Below, piece after piece: positions 20,972 through 28,957 of a stretch of DNA of 64,000 bases (the first letter of the stretch is position 1; the number at the start of each line of letters is the position of its first letter). The stretch covers positions 1,888,001 to 1,952,000 of the forward strand of contig CBDBLO010000002.1 of NCBI GenBank assembly GCA_965207075.1, given 5' to 3'. The notes below the pieces were generated by a model. The model ran no database searches. It saw nothing but the letters and a program-made list of their open reading frames with translations, and was not told the origin of the DNA. The DNA is from Nitrosopumilus sp. Its GTDB lineage: Archaea > Thermoproteota > Nitrososphaeria > Nitrososphaerales > Nitrosopumilaceae. A program made the translations under genes and the position numbers.

Positions 20972-22057
20972 TCAGTCCAGGTGGCTCATCTGGACAGACA
21001 TGATGGGCAGCTCCTTTGCAATGATCTTCTCGACTGCCGGAACCAGGCTCTCGTGGGCCCTTGCGTTCTCCAGGTACATCTCGTATACCTGGTCCCTGAA
21101 CATCAGCTTGACGCCGGGAAACGCCGTCACCCCCTCGTCGACCGTGCGCGGGTCGGACAGATCCATTATCAGGGTCCCCTTCTTCTTGTCCTCCATCACC
21201 AGCCTGACGCGCTCGTGCGTGATCAGGAAATAGTCAGAAGTGGTGGCCACCAGGACTATGTCGTACTTGCCAAACCCGGACAGGGCGGCCTCAAACTCCA
21301 CCGGCGTCCCGCCGCCCAGCGCCTTTGCAAACCCGGCCCCCCTCTCAAGGGTGCGGCTCGTCACGTCAAAGCCCACCCCGGCCTTTATGAGCGCCTTTGC
21401 AAGCATGGCCGCGGGCTCCCCGGTCCCGATGAGCAGCACCTTCTTCTTGGGGTCCACGCCGACCTTTTCCTCGACCATCTTGACTGCCACGTCCCCAAGC
21501 GAGGTTACGTCGTCGCCTATCTCGGTGGTCTCCCGTATGCGGGTGGCTATCCTGATGACGGACGCGAACAGCGTGTCAAGCAGGCGGCCCGACAGTCCCT
21601 CGTCCTTGGCCCTTGACGCTGCCTGCACTATCTCGTCGTATATCTCCGGCTTGCCCACCACGATGGAGTCAAGCCCGGTGGCAAGCCTCAGCAGGTTCCG
21701 GTAGACGTCCTCGCCCTTGTACACCTCGAGGGTCTGGTCTATGTGGTCTATGTCGATCTGATCCAGGGTCGAGAGCGATATCCAGACCTCCTTTATGCGG
21801 TTGAGGATGAGCCCCTTGCTGTCCGCGCGCCGCAGGTCCAGCTGGTCGGAGCGCTCCATGTGGCTGACCAGGAACACCTCCACGCGGCTTGCAGTCTGCA
21901 CTATGACGCACTCCCCGACGCCGGGGATCTTTTTGAACTCCTCTGCGGCCGCGTCCACGTCGTCAAACATGAACTTTGCAAGCGTGTACATGGGAACGTT
22001 TCTGAACGTGACCCTGGCGTTTACAATGTCAGAGTCAACGCTGCATTTGTCAGACAT
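20972..22057 (-). CDS. Glutamyl-tRNA reductase (HemA)-like protein lacking the catalytic Cys
   Basis: HemA layout (GLDSIVVG, Rossmann IGTGE, DLSDPRTVD), but TASRVE replaces TCNRxE and the protein is short at the C-terminus. Confidence 0.8.
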   Translation of the reverse strand: MSDKCSVDSDIVNARVTFRNVPMYTLAKFMFDDVDAAAEEFKKIPGVGECVIVQTASRVEVFLVSHMERSDQLDLRRADSKGLILNRIKEVWISLSTLDQIDIDHIDQTLEVYKGEDVYRNLLRLATGLDSIVVGKPEIYDEIVQAASRAKDEGLSGRLLDTLFASVIRIATRIRETTEIGDDVTSLGDVAVKMVEEKVGVDPKKKVLLIGTGEPAAMLAKALIKAGVGFDVTSRTLERGAGFAKALGGGTPVEFEAALSGFGKYDIVLVATTSDYFLITHERVRLVMEDKKKGTLIMDLSDPRTVDEGVTAFPGVKLMFRDQVYEMYLENARAHESLVPAVEKIIAKELPIMSVQMSHLD

Positions 22058-22063
22058 ATCCAG

Positions 22064-22879
22064 TCACGCCACCTTTGAGCGGCCGCCCCTTGCGGTCCTA
22101 AATACGTTCATTCCAAGGTAAAAGTTCTCATGAAGCGACTCGAGGTATTTTATGTTGGCCTTTACGCGTTCCATTTCCCCGGCTACGGATTCCGCGTCCT
22201 TGACCTGCTTTAGCTTCCTGAGCTTTGAGCGCAGCTCCTCCAGGTAGGACGAGACCCCACGCTCGTAGTTTGAGACCCCCTCGAACTCGGGGCTCAGGAC
22301 GTGCTCCGGCACGTACTCGGGGGTCTGGTCCTGCGGGGTCTCGGCGTGCCGCGTCAGCGACTCCTGCTGCTGCGGGGTCAGGATGGGGCGCGGGAACCTG
22401 TCCTTCTTGTCAAGGAAGAACTCCGGCTCGCCCATGTCGCGGCGGAAGATCTCCTCGGACTCCCTCTTGAAGGTGTGGGCGGCCTTTTTGGCGACGTCGG
22501 CCTTTACCTGCTCGGCGATGGCCTTGTACTCTGCCTCCGCGGCCTCCTCGGCGGCCTTTTTTGCCGCGGCCGCCCTCTCTACGGCCTGTTTTGCGTCCAG
22601 CTCGGCCTGCTCGGCCGCCTTTATGGCGGCCCTGGCCTTTTCCATGGCCGCGTGCGCGTTTGCATCCTTGTCCTCGGGAGGCTCCTCTTCCTTTTTGTCG
22701 TCTGCCTTTTTTGCAGGTGTGGGCTTGGCTGCTGCAGCAGGCTTGGCGCTGCTCTTAGCTGCTGGTTTGGCGGCGTCGGCAGCGGCGGGCGCGGCAGTGC
22801 CGGTGGCGTCAGCCTCCTTTTTTGAGTCGGGCGCTGCGGTATCAGGTGAATCCTTTGCCTCGGACAATAAGAGGGGCAT
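22064..22879 (-). CDS. Hypothetical protein with Ala/Lys-rich coiled N-terminus
   Basis: 271-aa ORF immediately upstream of the HemA-like gene on the same strand. Confidence 0.7.
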   Translation of the reverse strand: MPLLLSEAKDSPDTAAPDSKKEADATGTAAPAAADAAKPAAKSSAKPAAAAKPTPAKKADDKKEEEPPEDKDANAHAAMEKARAAIKAAEQAELDAKQAVERAAAAKKAAEEAAEAEYKAIAEQVKADVAKKAAHTFKRESEEIFRRDMGEPEFFLDKKDRFPRPILTPQQQESLTRHAETPQDQTPEYVPEHVLSPEFEGVSNYERGVSSYLEELRSKLRKLKQVKDAESVAGEMERVKANIKYLESLHENFYLGMNVFRTARGGRSKVA

Positions 22880-23357
22880 CCAACTGCCAGAATTTTAAGA
22901 TTAGCTCAGGCGGGAGGAGGTAGGGTGTCCCACCGGCGTGACGCCGGACTTGCGTGCTGTCAGATGGCGTTTGCCGGATTGTCGTTGTCATCCGCCCGAT
23001 CTGGCGGCGGCGCCGCTTCTTTGGCAGGATCCGACTCGTGAATCGCACCGCAGTAAGCCGCGCCCACTCCGCCGAGGCCGTCAGGTATCCTGTATCCGGT
23101 GCACCAGCGGTCCAGACGGCGCAGTCAATCCGCCTTGCACGCACGGGCTCTTCTACGACGTGTATCCGGTGCACCCGTGCAGCGTCATGAACAGGTGGGC
23201 ATGCCGCGTTCGACTGCATTTCCCCTCTGGCGCGTGAAGGGCATCTGTTTTACCAAGGCCTCGCTCCACGCCTCTTGGCAGTCGGAGTCACGCGTCGGGT
23301 TCGAGCCGTGTAAGAATGAATGGCAGGTCAGAATCACGTCGGCAGAGCTATAGTCAA

Positions 23358-23801
23358 TTATGAAACCAGAAACTCAAACGACAGCGCCTGCTGGCCGAAT
23401 CCCAGATGCCGGTAAAAATCATGCGAGTCCTTGCGCTGGTTCCCCGACTCCAGTCTGATGCGGTGGCATCCTCGCGTGGCGGCAATCCTCATGCACTCCC
23501 CGGCTAGGGCCCTGCCGATGCCCCTGCCGCGGCAATCAGCACGGACAACTAATTCTGGAATGTACATCTCCGGCCCTGCGTGGTTGCATCTGACAAGAAA
23601 CATGATGGATGCCAGCCCCACGACCGCATGGTCGGACTCGGCCACGAGCAGCCCCTTGTCGGCATCTTCGATGTATCCAGATATGACTCTCTTGAACGTG
23701 TCCTCCTCCTGTTTGTCGGCAGGCCTGGGCCGTCCAAGCTCGTACAGCAGGTCGAGTACGAATGGCACGTCGCCGTGGACGGCATCCCGGATTGAGGCCA
23801 T
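23358..23801 (-). CDS. GNAT-family N-acetyltransferase
   Basis: LVV...RGRGIGRAL acetyl-CoA motif and FYRHLGF. Confidence 0.88.
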   Translation of the reverse strand: MASIRDAVHGDVPFVLDLLYELGRPRPADKQEEDTFKRVISGYIEDADKGLLVAESDHAVVGLASIMFLVRCNHAGPEMYIPELVVRADCRGRGIGRALAGECMRIAATRGCHRIRLESGNQRKDSHDFYRHLGFGQQALSFEFLVS

Positions 23802-23904
23802 GTATCCATGACACAGTCGTCTTTTTTAAGACTTGAAAGGGCGGAAGCATCCGGGGATGATCAGTGTCGCATGCCAAGCGCAGCAGACGCTATGCAGAGT
23901 AAGA

Positions 23905-23982
23905 TGGCGCCCTCGGCGGGATTTGAACACGCGTCTCAGCCGTGACAGGGCCGAATTCTAGACCTGGCTATACTACAAGGGC
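23905..23982 (-). tRNA. tRNA-Asp(GTC) with encoded CCA
   Basis: Reverse complement GCCCTTGTAGTATAGCCAGGTCTAGAATTCGGCCCT-GTC-ACGGCTGAGACGCGTGTTCAAATCCCGCCGAGGGCG-CCA; one T-stem mismatch. Confidence 0.9.
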
Positions 23983-24213
23983 ACGGATCTGACTACAAGA
24001 CGGGCTAGATTAAAAGTTTGCTCAGGTATGACTAACTGCCCAGTTCCCATGGCACCACCGTCCCCGCTCCGCCCCCGCGGCGACTGGGCGGGGAGAGAGT
24101 ACATGGTTTACTCGGCGGCCGCACACCAGACAGTTGATGAGAGGAGGAAGGTTGAACCGTCACACCTGCATCCTGAAAGGACTAAATTGTACGCACGAAG
24201 CGCAGTACGCTGT

Positions 24214-24287
24214 GGGTCTATGGCGCAGCCAGGTAGCGCTCCGGACTTTTAATCCGGCTGTCAAGGGTTCGAATCCCTTTAGACCCG
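24214..24287 (+). tRNA. tRNA-Lys(TTT); integration target
   Basis: GGGTCTA...CCGGACT-TTT-AATCCGG...GGGTTCGAATCCCTTTAGACCCG cloverleaf. Confidence 0.95.
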
Positions 24288-24457
24288 CTCCCATACTGGT
24301 ACTCTTTTGGGTTCCGGTAAGTGGAAAAAATGATCACAAGTAGGAAGGAAAGTCAGAAAGGCAAAAACCGGGGGAGGGGTGTCACGGCGGCGCGCAGGGG
24401 CGCGGGACTCGCACCTCCACAGGGGCTTTTATGGGATCGGGGGTGTGCGTCCGGATC

Positions 24458-25741
24458 ATGATTAAGATTACAAAAGAGGAGTTAATGGACGAGAGGCCTG
24501 CCACAACGCGTACAAAGCCGTTTGACCTATTCCAGCAGGGCATCAGGGCCGAGGAGACCCGTAAGACGTACACGCGCACGCTCAGGCGCCTGCTGTGCGG
24601 CGCGCTGGAGGAGGTGCTGGAGGGCACGTTTGAGGAGCGCGCAGCGCAGCTCGTGCGGCTGGGCAAGGACGACCCGGACCGCACGCTGGACCTCGTACTG
24701 CGCATATCAGGCAAGATCCGGGCAAGGAGCTCGCTGCCACACGACCACCCGGACTACTTTAACCCGTCGGGCGTCCCCAATTACTTCAAACCGCTCAAAA
24801 AGCTGTTCGACATGAACGGCGTTTCAATGCCGTGGAAGCGCATCTACTCGACGTTCCCCGAGTCCGACAACATTACAGAATCGCGGGGATGGACCCGGGG
24901 GGAGATACAGTCCATGCTCCGGTTTGCCAAGGGGTCGGCCGACAGGGCCGTCATACTGGTTGCCGCCAGCTCAGGCATAAGGGCCGGGGGGTTTGAGCTG
25001 CTGCGGTGGTCGGATCTCAGGCCTATATACCGCGTCGCTGCCAGCGGCGGGGGCGGCAGTGACGATGGCGGCAGCAGCAGCGACGTCCTCAGCTTTGAGC
25101 ATGGCGGCGGCACTGCGGCGGATCCGGTCTGCGCCATGCTTACCATATACGCCCGCACAAACGCAAGCTACCCGGCGTTCATCACGCCGGAGGCGTACGC
25201 GGCGGTAACGGACTACCGGAGCGTGTGGGCTGCGGAGGTCGGCAGGCCCGCGGAGTCTGGCGATCCCATCTTCAAGAGGGCCGGAAGCCTGCCCGCAAAG
25301 GCCACTACCCCGCTGATAAAGAGGAGGATCGAGAAGGTGGCCGGCGCTGCAGGCCTGCGCGCCTCCGGCAGAAAGTCCCGCAACCTGTTTGACGTGCCCA
25401 TAATGAACGGCTTCCGCCGGTTCTGGAACAAGGCGTGCAAGGAGTCCTCCTCGCGGGAGTCGCCCCTGTCGTCCTTGATAAGAAAGGAGTACATGATGGG
25501 GCATGTCGGCTTGGTGAGTCTGGACCGCAACTACTTCAAGACGCACGTGATGGAGCTTGCAGAGGAGTACCTGCAGTCGGTGCCGCACCTGACCATAGAC
25601 GACGCGGCCAGGCTGCGGCTGGCAAACGCGAGGCAGTCGGAGAGGATAGGGCTGCTAGAGGACGAAAAGGACCGGGAGATTGCAAAGCTGCGCCTCATGG
25701 TCGAGCAGCTTGCGGGCAGGATCGAGTCCTACTCCTCCTAG
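24458..25741 (+). CDS. Tyrosine recombinase/integrase of element 1
   Basis: ASSGIRAG (R), NGFRRFW (R), YMMGH and DRNYF (Y); start at ATG 24458 with CTTTTATG about 30 nt upstream. Confidence 0.9.
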   Translation: MIKITKEELMDERPATTRTKPFDLFQQGIRAEETRKTYTRTLRRLLCGALEEVLEGTFEERAAQLVRLGKDDPDRTLDLVLRISGKIRARSSLPHDHPDYFNPSGVPNYFKPLKKLFDMNGVSMPWKRIYSTFPESDNITESRGWTRGEIQSMLRFAKGSADRAVILVAASSGIRAGGFELLRWSDLRPIYRVAASGGGGSDDGGSSSDVLSFEHGGGTAADPVCAMLTIYARTNASYPAFITPEAYAAVTDYRSVWAAEVGRPAESGDPIFKRAGSLPAKATTPLIKRRIEKVAGAAGLRASGRKSRNLFDVPIMNGFRRFWNKACKESSSRESPLSSLIRKEYMMGHVGLVSLDRNYFKTHVMELAEEYLQSVPHLTIDDAARLRLANARQSERIGLLEDEKDREIAKLRLMVEQLAGRIESYSS

Positions 25742-25780
25742 GGGATCTGAGGCTTTTATGCGCCCCGCGGGACTGGCCGC

Positions 25781-25918
25781 ATGGACAGGAAGACGTGCCC
25801 CGTATGTCTGGGCGCCCTGGACCTGCACTCTGACGCGGAGGTCATCGCCTGCGCACGCGCCCTAGCGTCCCGCACGCGCGCGGAAAAGCCGGACCGGGTC
25901 ACGGAGTTCACGCGCTGA
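25781..25918 (+). CDS. Small putative zinc-binding protein (45 aa)
   Basis: MDRKTCPVCLGALDLHSDAEVIACARALASRTRAEKPDRVTEFTR; CTTTTATG box at 25753. Confidence 0.65.
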   Translation: MDRKTCPVCLGALDLHSDAEVIACARALASRTRAEKPDRVTEFTR

Positions 25919-26089
25919 TCGGCGTAGGCGCCACGTCTGGGATGGCTACTTGGTGTGTGGCGTGCCCGCAGGCGGGCCGCCGGAATGTACTGTCGCCTGC
26001 TGCATCTCACCCGCAGCTTGACGCGCGACAGGCGTACGCCTTCGGATCTTCATGGAGGCGCCAGCCCCCGGGTTTGCGGCAAACTGGGG

Positions 26090-27937
26090 CAGCAGGGCAG
26101 GGACGGGACGGCGGGACCGGGGCGCAGCACGTGCCAAGAGACGGTGGCTGCCGCCTATGGTCAAGCTGGAAACTGGCGTTCCGATGCAGACGCGCCCGTC
26201 GTCGCCAGAGTTACCCGCAAACTTTCATAGAACTTTATGAAAGTTTGCGGGTAACCTCCGCGGCCCGCGGCACCCCACGCACACTGGAAGTTCGGCGACA
26301 GGCGCATAGATACTCCCGGCCTTGGCCGGCGCACGGACGGCAGGCCTGCCACATGCCCGCAGGAGGCAGGGCGGGCCGGCGGGACCGAGGGCGCAGCACG
26401 TGCCGAGAGACGGTGGCTGCCGCCGCCATACCCGCAAACAATCATAGAGCTCTATGACAGTTTGCGGGTATCTGCCGCATGCCCGCGGGCGCCTGCTCAG
26501 GCCGCCGCGGGGCGGGGCAGGACTCTCCCGTGACGGGCGTATCTGTTAGGTGACAAAGAAATCGAATATTCTGCATGTTTGCCACCATCCGTCCAAGCCT
26601 GCTCGGAGTCAGGCCCCGCAACCTGTCCCGCATGCCTGCGACATCAGACGCCAGGTTCACCGTGGCACACTAACAGCGGGAGACAAGGCGAGCCGGCGGG
26701 ACCGGGGGCGCAGCACGTGCCAGGAGGCAGCTGCTGTTGCTGTCGCCGCCGCCACCACCGGTGGCCAAGGAAGCGGGTGTTCTGATGCAGACGCGCCCGC
26801 CGCCACCGCCAGAGTTACCCGCAAACTGTCATAGAACTTTATGACAGTTTGCGGGTAACCGCCGCATGCCCGCGGCACCACACGCACACGGGCAGGAAGT
26901 CCGGCGGCGGGCGCCTAGACGCCCCCTGTCCTGGCCGGCGCACGGACGGCGGGCCTGCCGCATGCCCGCGGGCGCCTGCGCAGGCCGCCGGGGCTCCCGC
27001 CAAACACTGCAAAAATGGGCAGGCTGCCGTGGCACAGTCGCGGCCCCGCCACGCATCTAGTCCGGAATCAGGCCCCGCAACCTGTCCCGTATGCTTGCAG
27101 CGTCAGACGCCAAGTCCGTCGTGGCACACTTTGACGGCGGGGGGCAGGGGGAACCGGCAGAATCGGGTGACGCGGCACGTGTCGGAAGGGTGGCTGCCGC
27201 CTGCTGTGCAGGCCGGAAGCGGGCGTTCCGATGCAGGTACGCCCAGCCACCGGCAGTTACCCGGAAACTATCATAGAGCTCTATGATACTTTCCGGGTAA
27301 CTATCGCGGCCCGCGGCACCGCACGCACGGGCAGGAAGTCCGGCGGTGGGTGCCCCCGCACACCTCCGGCCCTGGCCGGCACACGGATGGTGGGCCTGTA
27401 CCGTATGCTTGCGGCATCAGACGCTAGATCCACCGTGACTCACTTTAACGGCGGGAGGCAGGGCAAACCGGCGGGACTGGGGACGCAGCACGTGTTGGGA
27501 AGGGACTCCCGCAGGCAACGATCAAGCCGGAAACGAATGTTCCGATGTAGGTACGCTCCCCCGTCGACGACATACCCGCAAACAATCATAGAGCTCTATG
27601 ACAGTTTGCGGGCATCTGCAACGGCCTGCAGCACCGCACGCACGGGCAGGAAGTCTGGTAGTGGGCGCCTGCGCAGGCCGTCGTGGGGGCGGGACCGGCC
27701 CCTCCCGTGGCGGGTGTATCTGTCAGAAGGTGACAAAGAAATCTTTGTTACCTTTGCGCGTTTGCCATCGTCCGCTCCGGCCTGCCCGCAGTCTGGCTGC
27801 CGGGACCCCCGCCAAACACTGCAAAAATGGGCAGGCTGCCGTGGCACAGTCGCGGCCCCGCCACGCATCTAGTCCGGAATCAGGCCCCGCAACCTGTCCC
27901 GTATGCTTGCAGCGTCAGACGCCAGATCCACCGTGGC
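26090..27937. repeat. Mosaic non-coding repeat region with five 44-48 bp palindromes
   Basis: Palindromes TACCCGCAAAC..TCATA-N6-TATGA..GTTTGCGGGTA at 26210, 26428, 26814, 27255 and 27572, separated by reshuffled GC-rich blocks. Confidence 0.92.
27727..27754. repeat. Second-type palindrome (GGTRACAAAGA-N2-TCTTTGTTACC)
   Basis: AAGGTGACAAAGA-AA-TCTTTGTTACCTT; related copy at 58169 and a half copy at about 26549. Confidence 0.8.
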
Positions 27938-28957
27938 AAAGCGGAGCTTGTGTCCCTGTATTGTAGCCGATTCATCATAATCGGTTCCCACTGATGGGTA
28001 CAGAAGCATTCCGGTGGAAGTCATCGACAGATTGTTGCCCTCGCGTTCCTGGGATCTCAGATACGAGTATATCTGGTATATGTTCGAGCTTTTCAATATT
28101 TCGCGGTGCCACCGAGTCGTGATTTCCGTGAATTTGGTATCGATTACTATTCGATGCGATCTGTCCGATTTTTCAACAATGATGTCGGTCTTCATTTCAG
28201 GCAGAATTTTGTCTATTCCTGGAGTGTGCGGTTCGGCGTGCCACTCAATCCACTCGCCCAGACGTACTTGCCACTTGTCAAGCACTATGCTGTAAAAACC
28301 ACCCACGGCCCTTTCAAATAGATTTCTTATCAGGCTCTCCTTGCTCCTGTCAGGCAAAACCACGTCCAGACGCCCGGACTCCTCCGTAGGTATCGTGAGA
28401 TCCCATGCCAGCTGTGCGGCGGCAATCATTCTCGCATCGTCCTGGCCGTGCCTTGCGTTCCTAATGCTGGCCGTATGCTGCCTTGCGTCAAACGAATTAG
28501 AGACTCCGTACCTTGCAAATGCGGCGGCGTCGATGCGGCAGCGCCGCTTGAGATTCTTGTCCTCGACGATCGCACCCAGTCGATCCAATGCCGCCATGAC
28601 GAACCTGTTTCTTGGGACGTCCACGGTAAACTCGTCAAAGCTGCACGCTATCTTGCCCCGCTGGAGCAGGTGCCGGCGTTTTGTACGGATGTGGTTGATG
28701 CGCCCCCTGACACGGGTCAGGTCGGCCTGTCTGCGCTGCAGCTCGTGGGTGAGCATGCGCCGCAGGCGCCGCTCCACCTCTGCCGTTAGGATCTCTGCAA
28801 CCAGATCCGGGATTTTGTCGGGATTCTGCTCCGCGGCAACCCTTTTTTCGGGCGTGTCCCGCAGCTTTTTGTAGAGATCCGACGCATACAGCATCAGCAG
28901 CCACAGGTTTCTGACCGGTATCTTGCCGATGGCTTCCGCGCCTGACTGTTCACTCAA
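27869..28957 (-). CDS. mcrC: McrC-family nuclease subunit
   Basis: IPVRNLWLLMLYA, RGRI, TDI...IDTKF PD-(D/E)xK core, YQIYSY and GMLLYP. Confidence 0.92.
   Translation of the reverse strand: MSEQSGAEAIGKIPVRNLWLLMLYASDLYKKLRDTPEKRVAAEQNPDKIPDLVAEILTAEVERRLRRMLTHELQRRQADLTRVRGRINHIRTKRRHLLQRGKIACSFDEFTVDVPRNRFVMAALDRLGAIVEDKNLKRRCRIDAAAFARYGVSNSFDARQHTASIRNARHGQDDARMIAAAQLAWDLTIPTEESGRLDVVLPDRSKESLIRNLFERAVGGFYSIVLDKWQVRLGEWIEWHAEPHTPGIDKILPEMKTDIIVEKSDRSHRIVIDTKFTEITTRWHREILKSSNIYQIYSYLRSQEREGNNLSMTSTGMLLYPSVGTDYDESATIQGHKLRFATVDLASDAASIRDRLRGLIPD

Noticed and set aside
260-22898. Long antisense and alternative-frame ORFs over core genes
   Set aside because: Shadow ORFs expected from high third-position GC content.
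22900-23350. Possible structured RNA or gene in this intergenic gap
   Set aside because: I could not identify SRP, RNase P or protein motifs; left unannotated.
26210-27615. CRISPR array
   Set aside because: Intervals are about 170-400 bp, irregular and themselves repetitive, and there are no cas genes in the window.
26210-27615. Classical integron attC array
   Set aside because: The sites are shorter and more symmetric than attC, no ORF cassettes lie between them, and the integrase is not recognisably IntI. Kept only as an analogy.
26606-27937. Diversity-generating retroelement template/variable repeat pair at the mcrC end
   Set aside because: No reverse transcriptase in the window, and the differences are not confined to adenines.
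25942-27966. Many short ORFs in the repeat region (and at 57570-58556)
   Set aside because: They are translations of palindromes and GC-rich repeats (YPQTFIELYESLRVT appears on both strands) with no protein-like signal.
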